Positions 7,626 to 18,496 of a stretch of DNA of 64,000 bases are shown here, in pieces. The notes below the pieces were generated by a model that was not told the DNA's origin, made no database searches, and worked only from the letters and a program-made list of their open reading frames with translations. Source of the stretch: an uncultured virus (IMG/VR IMGVR_UViG_3300035502_001146) (lineage: Duplodnaviria; Heunggongvirae; Uroviricota; Caudoviricetes); the IMG/VR virus record IMGVR_UViG_3300035502_001146; one strand, given 5' to 3'. Position 1 is the first letter of the stretch, and each line of letters opens with the position of its first letter. A program made the translations under genes and the position numbers.

Positions 7626-9818
7626 TTACAATAAATCTCCAACAAATTCATCAATATCATAAGGAGTAATAACTTTAATTAAAGGTTGATTGTTTTCTTC
7701 CCTCTTTTTGTTAAGCTCCGTAATATCTATTTGTTTGTTAGTAAAAATAACATCAGCGTTAGAAATATCATCAGTTTCAATTCCTCTTGCCTGAATATTA
7801 TATTTAACTAAATCATACATACTCATTCTGTTAGTATGGATAAAGTTATATAAAATAACCTGCAATGAATTTAAATGAGTTTCTACCATCTGAGTTTTTG
7901 GTGTAGCCTTTTGTTTCATATCACAATGAGCAATAGGGGCATCTACATAGATAATTTCCTTAGTTTCAATATCCATAATAAATGGTACTATATTCATTTC
8001 GTTGGTCGTTATAGCCATTTTATTAAAGACATTCTTAGGATTTATCTTACCTGTAAGTTCATTGGTATATCCAAATGTACAATTTAATTGACTAAATGGT
8101 ATTTTTGAAAACACATAAATCTGAGGAACAATATATTTAACATTATGTTTCCTAAGAGTTTCTACATATATGTCAATAAATTCAGCTGCACCCTCACCAT
8201 CGAAATCTCCACCGTCAGTAATATCTCCTGAATGTTTCATTCCCTCACATTTTAAATGAGTAAAATCAACATAATCTACACAAGTTAAATTTTCAGTAAA
8301 CAAACCACAAGATAAGTCTACATCAATTCTTGTACCATCTTCTGTATTAGTCCAATGGATAAAAGCTCTTAATTTATCGTAATCAAAACTTTCCCTACTG
8401 CCTCTTGTAATAATTCTACTTGTAGAATTACTTGTTCTTAAAGTATTGGGAATTGCAAAGTTTTTAAATTCATCAGATAAATAAACGTAGCCCATATAAT
8501 CTTTTTCCATATAAAGATTTACAAGAGCATTATTGCTTACCTGAACGATATAATCAATAAATTTACTCTTTAAATCATTACAAGTATTTAAGACTGCATA
8601 GGATTTACTTGAATTAGCTTTTACATTAAATACTCTTAATTCTTCTTTATTATAATTCTTAAAGAATGTAATAATAGAAATAAGAACAGGAGAGCTTAAC
8701 TTACTAACAATATTTTTATAAACATTCATAATATAATGAAGGTCTTTTTCTGTAAGGTCAGGCTTATTGATAAACTCATTTAATCTTCTTGCAAATTCTC
8801 CTGGTCTTGTTTTAAGTAAATCAACAGCAGGAATAATTTGATTATTCTTAATAAGATTATCAACCTTACCCATAAATGTATCAATATGCTCGCCATTTCT
8901 AAGCATAGAAATAGCTTTAAGGGCATAATCATACTGTTTAAAAGTACCTACATTTAATTTATAAGCTGCGGTTATCCAAAGGTTTTTCTTCTTATACATA
9001 TCTTCATAAGCATTGCTATTATTCTTAACAACAGTATTTAATAAAGATACGATAAATTTCTTTTCTCTATTTTTAAGGTTCTTAAAACGACACTGAGTAA
9101 CTAAAGAAATATCACCGTCAGATAACCCAACAATAAGTCTTAATACATCAGTCGTATTATTAAACCACTTAGTAGTATATAAAGATAAATCGTTTTGCAT
9201 AAGAAGCTTAGTAACAGCAATAAGATTTTCTTTAAAAGGAATTTCCTTAATAGAAAGAATAATATTACTATTAACAGAAACGGAGTTCTTTATATCTTCT
9301 AAGTCTTTATTAGATAAAGAAGTTTTAGAGCTAAGAAGATTTTTGATGATTTTTGCATAATCATCAGAAGTAGCCTTTTCTAATTTAATTAACTCTACAT
9401 TATCTTCTGATTCAATATCAGTTGATATATCATTCAATGTAGAATAATTAACATCAGCCCCCTTTAAAGATTTAAGAATATCATAAACTTCCATAAGAGT
9501 GTCTCTAATATGGTCTAATTTATAAAAAGTTAAATCATCAAAAGAAGAACCCAATGTATAACCTAATCTTTTGAAATATTCATTACAATCATTAATAACA
9601 TCTTTTTTACCAAGATAGTCAGGTACAAAAGCAATGTAAAAATCTTCAAGACTATTAAATTTTTCGTGATTGAGGTCTTTCAACTTACTATCTTCATTTA
9701 AGAAGTCAAGCAAATCTTCTTTATTTTTTGCTGCAACAAATGAATCATAAGCAAATTCTTTTTCAGTAACAATAAAAGAATTTTTTCTACGTAACAAAAC
9801 TTCATTCATTATATTCAT
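7626..9818 (-). CDS. Large helical protein with a C-terminal TerD-like domain
   Basis: RPGEFARRL, W...IDVDLS, HSGDIT...AAEFIDI motifs; start placed at ATG 9818 after GGAAGG. Confidence 0.7.
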   Translation of the reverse strand: MNIMNEVLLRRKNSFIVTEKEFAYDSFVAAKNKEDLLDFLNEDSKLKDLNHEKFNSLEDFYIAFVPDYLGKKDVINDCNEYFKRLGYTLGSSFDDLTFYKLDHIRDTLMEVYDILKSLKGADVNYSTLNDISTDIESEDNVELIKLEKATSDDYAKIIKNLLSSKTSLSNKDLEDIKNSVSVNSNIILSIKEIPFKENLIAVTKLLMQNDLSLYTTKWFNNTTDVLRLIVGLSDGDISLVTQCRFKNLKNREKKFIVSLLNTVVKNNSNAYEDMYKKKNLWITAAYKLNVGTFKQYDYALKAISMLRNGEHIDTFMGKVDNLIKNNQIIPAVDLLKTRPGEFARRLNEFINKPDLTEKDLHYIMNVYKNIVSKLSSPVLISIITFFKNYNKEELRVFNVKANSSKSYAVLNTCNDLKSKFIDYIVQVSNNALVNLYMEKDYMGYVYLSDEFKNFAIPNTLRTSNSTSRIITRGSRESFDYDKLRAFIHWTNTEDGTRIDVDLSCGLFTENLTCVDYVDFTHLKCEGMKHSGDITDGGDFDGEGAAEFIDIYVETLRKHNVKYIVPQIYVFSKIPFSQLNCTFGYTNELTGKINPKNVFNKMAITTNEMNIVPFIMDIETKEIIYVDAPIAHCDMKQKATPKTQMVETHLNSLQVILYNFIHTNRMSMYDLVKYNIQARGIETDDISNADVIFTNKQIDITELNKKREENNQPLIKVITPYDIDEFVGDLL

Positions 9819-9919
9819 AGTTACCTTCCACCTTTCTCTTTCATAAAAATCTCTTTTAATTTCTCTCTTAAAAACATTGTAATTATTATACCACATTTTT
9901 TATTATTTGTCAATAGTTT

Positions 9920-10405
9920 TTATAACCAATCAAAAAGATTTTTATAACTGTCCTTTATATATTGTTCCATCATTGTATTTATTTCATCATTTAACTCATT
10001 ATATAATTTTTCATCTTCAAAAGCAAATCCATAATAATTACAAGTAGTAAATTTTTTTAATTTACGAATAATATATTTAACCGTATCGATAGAAAAGTAT
10101 TCTAACAATCTATAAGTATTAACGGTTTCAGTTGATTTATATTTCATAATACGAATGTTTACTTCTGAAGGGCTATTAGTTGCTTCGTAAAATAAAATTA
10201 AGTCGTTCATTTTAAGTAAAAACTTTATATCATCAGGAATTTTTTTATCTATATATTCACAAACCATATTCCAATCCCAAGTATGAGCATTAAAAGCTTT
10301 ATTCTTTAATGTAAATCCCTGAATAATAGGAATAGTACACAATCCTTTTAATTTCTCTGTATATTCAGAATCATAATTATATGTAAAACAAGGTATTTGA
10401 AACAT
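9920..10405 (-). CDS. Hypothetical protein, related to 24753-25232 and 25213-25701
   Basis: Shared C-x-IPI...F-x-L and DIKFLLK-type motifs. Confidence 0.65.
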   Translation of the reverse strand: MFQIPCFTYNYDSEYTEKLKGLCTIPIIQGFTLKNKAFNAHTWDWNMVCEYIDKKIPDDIKFLLKMNDLILFYEATNSPSEVNIRIMKYKSTETVNTYRLLEYFSIDTVKYIIRKLKKFTTCNYYGFAFEDEKLYNELNDEINTMMEQYIKDSYKNLFDWL

Positions 10406-10434
10406 TGAATAATCAACTCCTACTCTCTTTAATT

Positions 10435-10788
10435 TTATTCTAATAATTTATGTGCCAATCTACAACCGCAGGTTGTACAATAAAAATCTACATTTTTATC
10501 TAAATCAGGAATAGTAGATAAGATTTCTATATTCTTTTTCATATCATAAATAATATTACGAATTTCTTCTTCAAAATCATCAAGCCCACCCTGAATAGAA
10601 TCTTTTAATGTTTTATCAGCATAATAAACATAAAATTCAGTATCTTTTATAAATATTTCACATTCAAAGCCTAAATTTCCATCGTAATCTGATTCGATAA
10701 TTATATTGTTGTATTCACAACGGAAATTATTTCTTTTTTTTAATTGATTAACTAATTTTATAGGTTTTCCAAAAAAAGTAAAATTCAT
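10435..10788 (-). CDS. Hypothetical protein with C-terminal CxxC
   Basis: ORF with GGAGG RBS. Confidence 0.6.
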   Translation of the reverse strand: MNFTFFGKPIKLVNQLKKRNNFRCEYNNIIIESDYDGNLGFECEIFIKDTEFYVYYADKTLKDSIQGGLDDFEEEIRNIIYDMKKNIEILSTIPDLDKNVDFYCTTCGCRLAHKLLE

Positions 10789-10840
10789 ATTTATAACCTC
10801 CTATGTAATTATTATATCATATTTTTTATTATTTGTCAAT

Positions 10841-11330
10841 AAAAAAGGACGAGAAAAAATCTCGCCCAATATATAAAGTAAAAGATGTCAACTAAATAAA
10901 AAACATTAGTAAGCAATTTAGTTAAATTGGAGTTGAAATATATTTACTGTAATAGAAGTAAACTAAATTATATCTAATGTTCAGAGTTTTTATATATTCA
11001 TTTTAACGATTAAAGCAATTAAGTTTTATATAGCATTTTATATATCCTAAATTAAATTAGAAGTAAATTGTTTTATATTTAAAAAGAATATATTTGATTA
11101 TAATACAGAAATAATAATCATTAGTTTTAATAAAATCATCATTAACTTACTATAACCATAAAATAGAAGTAAAAACTAATATATTTATTTCATATAAGGA
11201 AAATTAAGAATTAAGACAATTAATATTATTTGATATACCTATACATATTAAATAATATGTACGGTATATAGGTTTTAGAATTTTTGTTCTTTTTTAGAAG
11301 TAAATTATCTTATATTTAATTTTCACTGTA
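10841..11330 (-). ncRNA. Transcript containing four tandem structured RNA units (stem, internal loop, 9-bp stem, UACUUCUA)
   Basis: Promoter at ~11336-11364, terminator at ~10841-10867; units at 11199-11324, 11108-11191, ~10992-11093 and 10902-10981. Confidence 0.7.
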
Positions 11331-11481
11331 AAAATATTATATCACAAATATTTTATAATGTCAAGACATAAATTTAAAAACAAACATATTTTCTATTTTT
11401 TATAGACCTCAATTTTTTATTTATATAATAACAAGCGAAATATTTTTTGCTTTAATACATTAAGACATTCGAGGTGTGTAT

Positions 11482-12882
11482 ATGAATAAAAAATATTATG
11501 TATTAGATACAAACATCTTATTAGATGACCCACAAAGTATTTATAAATTTGAAGATAATATAGTTATACTTACAGAAGCTGTTATTGAAGAAATTGATAA
11601 TTTTAAAAAGGGTAAAAAAGATATCAATAATAACGCAAGAGCTGTAAGTAGAGAAATAAATAAATTAAGAGAAAAAGGTAAGTTAGAAGATACTACTTTA
11701 ATTGATGGTATTCGTATAAATGAAATTGATGATTCTTATGGTATATTAAAGATTGAGAATAATCATTACAATATGACTTTACCTGAGAGTTGGGAAAAAT
11801 CTAAGAGCGATAATAGAATTATTCAGGTTGCTAAATTCTTTAAAGAGTCAGGCGAAAATGTAATAATTATAAGTAAAGATATAAATGTAAAAATCAAAGC
11901 TGACATAATGGGGATTACAGCAGAAGATTATGAAAATACACAGGTTGATAATGAATATAAAGGCAGAGCTGAAATCTATATATCTGAGAATTATATAAAT
12001 CAAGCTCTTAGTAATGGTAATAAAATTAAAATTGATGAAATAGATAATATATATAATGAATTGGGTGAATTAAGTAATAGAGAATTTTATCCTAATGAAT
12101 ATTTACTTATACATAAAATAGAAGATAGTAATTCTACCTTAATGGGAATAATAACAAAAGATTGTAAAGAAATAGAATTTATATTAAATGAATATCATCC
12201 TTATGGTATAACAGGTAAGAATATAGGTCAGAAATTTGCTATTGATGCAATGATGAGAAGTGCAGAAGATATACCATTGGTTATACTTCAAGGTGGTAGC
12301 GGTACAGGTAAAGACTTTATTACTTTAGCTTGTGGATTAGAACAAACCTTTAATGGATATGCTGATTATAGAAGAATTTTAATAACAAGAGAAGTAGAGA
12401 GCTTGGGTAAAGATATAGGTTATTTACCTGGTACAGAAGAAGAAAAGATAAATCCATTTTTAAGAGGCTTTATGGATAACTTAGAAGCTTTAGTGGATAG
12501 TAATGAAAAAGAAAGATATAAGAATGAGAAAGAATTAAAAGGTAAGGTACAATACTTATTTGACCAGAATATAATTACAGCAGAAGCTATTGCTTATATG
12601 AGAGGTAGAAGTATTAATAAACAGTTTATTATTATTGATGAAGCTCAGAACTGTACTGTAAGTCAAATGAAAGGTATTTTAACAAGAATTGGTATTGATA
12701 CTAAGATAATTATATTAGGAGATATAAACCAAATAGATAATATATATCTTGACGAAAAGAACAATGGGTTAAGTTGGGCAAGTGAATTAATGAAGGATAG
12801 TCCTTTAGCTTGTCAGATTACATTGAAAGACGGTGAAAGTGTTAGAAGTGATTTGGTAAAAGATATATTAAATAGACTTTAA
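11482..12882 (+). CDS. phoH: PIN-PhoH fusion protein (PhoH2/YlaK type)
   Basis: PIN motif YVLDTNILL; Walker A GGSGTGK; GYLPG, YMRGRS, IIDEAQN, GDINQID. Confidence 0.92.
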   Translation: MNKKYYVLDTNILLDDPQSIYKFEDNIVILTEAVIEEIDNFKKGKKDINNNARAVSREINKLREKGKLEDTTLIDGIRINEIDDSYGILKIENNHYNMTLPESWEKSKSDNRIIQVAKFFKESGENVIIISKDINVKIKADIMGITAEDYENTQVDNEYKGRAEIYISENYINQALSNGNKIKIDEIDNIYNELGELSNREFYPNEYLLIHKIEDSNSTLMGIITKDCKEIEFILNEYHPYGITGKNIGQKFAIDAMMRSAEDIPLVILQGGSGTGKDFITLACGLEQTFNGYADYRRILITREVESLGKDIGYLPGTEEEKINPFLRGFMDNLEALVDSNEKERYKNEKELKGKVQYLFDQNIITAEAIAYMRGRSINKQFIIIDEAQNCTVSQMKGILTRIGIDTKIIILGDINQIDNIYLDEKNNGLSWASELMKDSPLACQITLKDGESVRSDLVKDILNRL

Positions 12883-13744
12883 TAAATAAATTTTTATAAA
12901 TAGAAAAGGACTACTTAATTGTAGTCCTTTTTCTTCCCATTTTTACAAAAGAGGTGGAAAGTTTTATTGCAAAAAATGTCTATGTTCTTATTATACCACA
13001 TTTTTTTATATTGTCAAGTACTTTTTTAAAATTTCTTTAGCAAAAAAATAGGTAATTATTTAAAATTACCTATCTCTTTGTATTGCATTTAGTCGTATGA
13101 AAATCAAACAGATTATGAAGCTTTTTTTAAAGCTAATTATATAATAACATATATTTTTATAATTGTCAATACTTTCCAAAATAATTTTTAATAAAAAATA
13201 GATGATTATATAAATAACCACCTACTTTTTTCTCTGTCTTGACTTTTTTTAATGAACAATTTTACCGTTAGGAGTTTTATCCATACACATATAGTAACAT
13301 ATAATATTATAAAAGTCAAGTACTATAATAATTTTTTTCAAAAAATAGAATTATCTATTATATTCGGTATGGCAATATCTATTTTTACTGTGCAAGACTT
13401 TTTTGCCATAGTAAAGTCTTTCCTTTCATATAATAGATTTTTATAATTTGGTTTGTTAAGGGGCAGTTCTTTGTGAGCTGCCTTTTTATTATGCAAAAAT
13501 AAATTATATAGAATTAAACAATTTATTAGAAATATAAATCATTACAAAAGAAAAAGACGTACCCACCCGAATGGTACGTCTTCCTCTTGATATACTAAAA
13601 TATTTACACAAGGAATAACTTTTTAAGAATCCCTTGCAAACTTAATTACAAGGGATTGATGATATTTTTTTATTTATCTTTTATACTACGAAATAATATT
13701 ATGCTTGAATGAATAAGTATTTTTTTAATTATCCATCTTCTATT

Positions 13745-14605
13745 ATCTTTTCTTTCAAAAGAAATATTGCACACCACTTGGAATAATGGCACGGTTTCAC
13801 CTTGTCTTTAGAAGAATTAATTCTAAAAAAGATTTAGGCTTCATTACTCATAATTGTAATCGCTTATTTCTGAACCGTTAGCATATATATAGAAAAATCT
13901 TTATAGGAGAAAGCTACAATATAAAAACAAATCTATACACATACACCCTATATACATAGGTTATATTAGGAATATTTTGGGTAAACAATGTTTGTTTTTC
14001 ATAGTACATTCAGATACCCTTTGTTGAAAAATATCAAAAACCAAAGGGTGATACCAACTTCCAATCCAAGAGGGAAGTCTTAACCTGTAACGATTTATAA
14101 AATACGTTAGGTCGTTTCTTAGAAAGTCTTTAAAAGATTTTTTTAGAAACAGTTTAACTTTTACTCTTATCTCCCGTTACTAAAGATAAGAAAATAAATC
14201 CGAAGGTCAACAATGATTTGATTCATTATTAGTTATCAGAATTATTATTAGATATTTCACATAAGGTCGTTAGTCTTATGCAGTTCTCAAAGAATAATTT
14301 CTTATTCTCACGAACTTCTTAATTTTAATAAATACAATTAAATTACCCTAATGGGGTATACCCTTAAAGGGTAGTTTTTCGGGAGTTGCGGAAGTTTCCC
14401 ATTTTGAAAAACTAATTATATTATTTATATATTAAGTTTCACTTTTGCATAGCACTTGCTATACAGAGAATTTAATTATCCTCTAAGTGTCCCATTGCAA
14501 TTATATGTAATTTTCATTACAAACGATACTTGGTTATCGTATCTTTTACCCCCTTACACAATGGGAAAGATAGTTATTTAAAACTATCTTCACTGTCCGT
14601 AGACA
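13745..14605 (-). ncRNA. Candidate large ornate ncRNA (GOLLD/ROOL-like class)
   Basis: ORF-free, with more than 15 hairpins; cUACGg and GAAA tetraloops on the minus strand; downstream of tRNA-Leu; terminator at ~13553-13585. Confidence 0.6.
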
Positions 14606-14751
14606 ATATTATAGTTTATGATTATTTGCTATTAACCAACCAATGTATTAGATAGATTTATTACAAATAATATTAAAAAAGTATATGTAATAGAAATAAT
14701 GCTTATCCAAAAACAAATAAAAACTATATATACTTTTTTATAAACTATAAA

Positions 14752-14833
14752 TGCGGATAACGGGAGTCGAACCCGTATGCTCACTGAGCCAGGCATTTTA
14801 AGTGCCTTATGTATACCATTCCATCACATCCGC
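14752..14833 (-). tRNA. tRNA-Leu(TAA)
   Basis: Cloverleaf, anticodon arm AGGCA-CTTAAAA-TGCCT, long variable arm, GGTTCGA; no encoded CCA. Confidence 0.93.
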
Positions 14834-16299
14834 TTATTCCCTTTATAATTATAAAAACATTCAAGGAACTTTTTTGACTAACAAAATTATATGTTTGCGT
14901 AAACAAAAAACTTATAACTACATTATGAAAGGAGGTCAATCATTCCACTATTATGAAAACTAAATTCACATATTAGTAATTCCTCAAATGTTTTATAATT
15001 ATTCAGGATTGATATTTGCAAATAGCCAAAATAAATTAAATATTGAAAGGAGGCTAGTCACTATGACTAATCCAAATAAAAAACTATTTTTAACACAAAT
15101 ATCAATTTTCAATGTACATAAGATAAATAAGAAATCTTATTCATCATTGTTAAGGCGTTTAATCACCTTACATATTGTATTATATAACAAAACTTTTATT
15201 TTGTCAAGTACTTTTTTAAAAATTTTTTAAAAATATTTTTTTATTTTTTAAAACCCTATAATTGCTTATATTTAAAAAGGCTTTTTAAAAAAATTTTTAT
15301 TTCCAAAAAAATATTTATTCAAACATTTATATCCCTTTTTATTTGTCTATATAAATTCTTTTCTATATGAAAACAATTAGAACTTCATATATAGAAAAAC
15401 TTATATGCACTTTACAAGTTGTTTCTATATCTACTCAAAAAAATAAATTTCCTTTAATAAGTAAATATATGATTCTTTACTATATTAAAGAAAATTTATA
15501 TTTAAGTATATTGAATATATAATAGAAGGTTCTTTATAAAAGGTTTTTAAGAGTGAATTTTTTTAATTGTTCCTCTATTGGAGAAATTCATTTACTTTAT
15601 ATTAAGTAAGATTAGAAAATTCTTCTTAATTTTCTTGACCGATTTAGATTTCAGTCAAAAAACAATTTCAAAAAATTTCAAAAAAAGTTTGATAATTAAA
15701 AATGTTCGATAATCAAATAGTTTGATTTTTCAAACCATTTCTGCATTATCACATTTTTTCTATAAGGCGTATAGCTTTTTCTTATCATATATGATTTTGA
15801 TTATAGATTTTATAACTTTAATGTTATATATCTATTTTTCTCTTCCTTTTTGCCTTACAGATACGATTATATCACGACTACCCATAAAAGTCAATAGATT
15901 TGTGCAAAATAAATAGATTTCGGTGTTTTTTACAAACTTTTAAGCCAAATAATGTACAATTTGCACAATATTAAAAATCGCTTATTAAACCATTTGTTAA
16001 GCTCATTTTTACCTAATTTATAATACATACACTATGGAATATTGAAAATAATTAAAAATTTAATATAATAGTTTTTTCTTATATATGTTATAATCAACCA
16101 TAATATTGGTAATTATTGGTAACTAATACCAAATTATTTCAATTGTTAAAAACTTGTACAATATTGTTAAATTTTTAACAATTTAGCTCACCTGTTTTTA
16201 TTAAATGGTTTAATAAGAAACGCCCTATTTTAGGGCGTTTTTGTAAAAAAATAAGACCGTTATATTTCAAACGGTCTTTGTAATTTTCCTCAGAACCCT

Positions 16300-16746
16300 T
16301 TATTTCTCAGGGTTTTGAACCTCCAACTCTTGACTTGTTACCTTTTCATATAAAGCAACAGAAGCAGGCTTAGTTTTTCTTTTTCTTTTTGGTTTTTCTT
16401 TACTTACTTTTAATTTTTCTAATAATTCATCAATTTCTTCTTCTTGTTTTTTTTCATCAATTATTTCTTTTTCTTCTTCATTTTCCACAGGAGATTCTGA
16501 ATCTGATTTAATCATACCTTTAATTGCCTTATCTATCAATGGTTTTTCAAAAATAATGAAATAAAGCACCAGTAGATTGACGAATGGTATTAATGCAATG
16601 AATAAATTCAGTAAAGTATACGCTGCATAACAAGCAGTTGAAACAGATTTGTTTTCTTTCTCAAGTTCCTGTATAAAATAACTCTTTCTTTTTTCTAAGT
16701 ATGCAAATATTAAAAGTACTATTATGTAAAAATATAAATTTCTCAT
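16300..16746 (-). CDS. Hypothetical membrane protein
   Basis: Two hydrophobic segments and a charged tail. Confidence 0.6.
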   Translation of the reverse strand: MRNLYFYIIVLLIFAYLEKRKSYFIQELEKENKSVSTACYAAYTLLNLFIALIPFVNLLVLYFIIFEKPLIDKAIKGMIKSDSESPVENEEEKEIIDEKKQEEEIDELLEKLKVSKEKPKRKRKTKPASVALYEKVTSQELEVQNPEK

Positions 16747-17300
16747 TTCTTTTCCTCTACTTTCTTTATAAGGTCATCTATTGATATGGGTCTGTATTCG
16801 TTATTCATTATTCCTACATTAATCATTTTACACGGAATATCTTTTTCCTTTAAATATTCTTTAAAGTACTGTATGTATTCGTCTTCAATAGAATTATGTA
16901 CGTGACCATAGCACATAATACCATTACTATGTTGGTGATTATAAAACAACATAGGATAATGAGATAAAACGAAAAGTTTATGGTTATATTTAAATTCGTG
17001 ATAATCCTTTATATCAATAAAACATTCCTTAAAGATATCTTTTTTATAATATTCATTGTCGTGATTTCCTTTTATTAATATTTTATTTCCTTTAAGCTGC
17101 TGTATGTTATTAACAATATCTTCTATATTAACGTGAAAAGAAATATCGCCTAATATATAAACCGTATCATTATTACTGACTGTTTTGTTCCAATTATTGA
17201 TTATAAAGTTATCCATCTCCTCAGTAGTTTCAAACGGACGTTTATCAAAGTTTATAACATTCTTATGCCCGAAATGTAAATCGCTTGTAAAATAAATCAT
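16743..17300 (-). CDS. Calcineurin-like metallophosphoesterase
   Basis: SDLHFGH, LGD, GNHD, SHYP and GHVH motifs. Confidence 0.9.
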   Translation of the reverse strand: MIYFTSDLHFGHKNVINFDKRPFETTEEMDNFIINNWNKTVSNNDTVYILGDISFHVNIEDIVNNIQQLKGNKILIKGNHDNEYYKKDIFKECFIDIKDYHEFKYNHKLFVLSHYPMLFYNHQHSNGIMCYGHVHNSIEDEYIQYFKEYLKEKDIPCKMINVGIMNNEYRPISIDDLIKKVEEKK

Positions 17301-17342
17301 AGTTACTTTCCTTTCTTTTTTAATATAAATATTTTTTAAATA

Positions 17343-17882
17343 TTAAAATACGACAGGAGTAACATAAAAGTTAAATTTATGGTCTGTTGCTTCGCATAAT
17401 TCCTTAATGAACTTTAATGCTTGATGTTTTCTTTTAAAGTAGAAATTCTTTTCATGGATACTATAATCTTCTCCAAGAACAAGATTTCTTCTTATATCTT
17501 TTTCCATCTGCCTGATTTCAGCAATGGTTAATTTCTTATCAAAACACAGCTCATCCAATGTTATATAATCTCTATTGAAAACCAAATAATTATTACCACG
17601 ATTACCAAGTACGTTCATACTTAAATTACCTGCGATAATATGATGTAACCATTTTTTCTTCAATACACCAAAAGCTTTTTGATTTTTAATAGAATAGGAA
17701 TTGAATGTTATTAAATCATCATATTTATCTAACAAAGAAGTTAAGTGCTTCTGTAATAATAAATTATATAGATAATCATAAGCATACCAATCCCAATTAA
17801 ACGATGGATAAAACATAAATTTATCTTTGTATTCTTCTCTATATGGAGAAGAATCATATCCAACGACTTTATAGACAGTCAT
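17343..17882 (-). CDS. Hypothetical protein (tandem paralog family A, divergent)
   Basis: ORF with RBS; weak similarity to 17986-21340. Confidence 0.65.
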   Translation of the reverse strand: MTVYKVVGYDSSPYREEYKDKFMFYPSFNWDWYAYDYLYNLLLQKHLTSLLDKYDDLITFNSYSIKNQKAFGVLKKKWLHHIIAGNLSMNVLGNRGNNYLVFNRDYITLDELCFDKKLTIAEIRQMEKDIRRNLVLGEDYSIHEKNFYFKRKHQALKFIKELCEATDHKFNFYVTPVVF

Positions 17883-17985
17883 TTCTAAACCTCCTTTCTA
17901 AACCCTCAGGATTGATTTTAAGAGGGTTTTAATATTTGATTGTGTATTTATTCATTGTTTATTTAAAAACCTCTTATATGACGTT

Positions 17986-18492
17986 TTAATCTCTTATACA
18001 GGTTATAAGCACGGTTGAAATATCATAGGTGGTTTCTAAGTAATCAGAAAATTCTTTTGCTGCTGATTTAGTAGTAAATGCTATAGATTCATCATCAATT
18101 ATATAGTCTTTATTTTCTTTAAAGTTTTTAATGATGATATTTTCTATATATTTACATTCTTTCATATCGAATTTCTTGTGTAAGTAGGAATAAAATAAAT
18201 CTCTACCCTTATTGAATAACAATCTATTTGTTTGGGTTTTCTCTATTTTCATTTTCTTATTTTGTAAGATTAAATGAAACACCCCTGCGGTTAGAGATTT
18301 AATTATTTCATCATTATATATTACAAATCTTTTGAATTTGTAACATTTAAATTTACTTATAATTTCATTAGCGGTATCAAAGGAACAATTTGTTTGTTTC
18401 ATTAGGTGTTTAGCATTAAATCCTTGATTTGGACTTGTTATTATATTACCATTCCAACTGTGAGGACATACAATATAAATATATTTAGCCAT
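17986..18492 (-). CDS. Hypothetical protein (family A)
   Basis: FHL...LLFN...EC.YI motif. Confidence 0.7.
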   Translation of the reverse strand: MAKYIYIVCPHSWNGNIITSPNQGFNAKHLMKQTNCSFDTANEIISKFKCYKFKRFVIYNDEIIKSLTAGVFHLILQNKKMKIEKTQTNRLLFNKGRDLFYSYLHKKFDMKECKYIENIIIKNFKENKDYIIDDESIAFTTKSAAKEFSDYLETTYDISTVLITCIRD

Positions 18493-18496
18493 AGAA

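Noticed and set aside
10902..11324. CRISPR array interpretation of the TAGAAGTAAA repeats
   Set aside because: Only about 10 nt are conserved and spacing is irregular; conservation is in secondary structure
13780..13960. Group II intron (GAACCGT resembles part of domain V)
   Set aside because: No complete domain V/VI, no 5' GTGCG, no host gene or reverse transcriptase ORF
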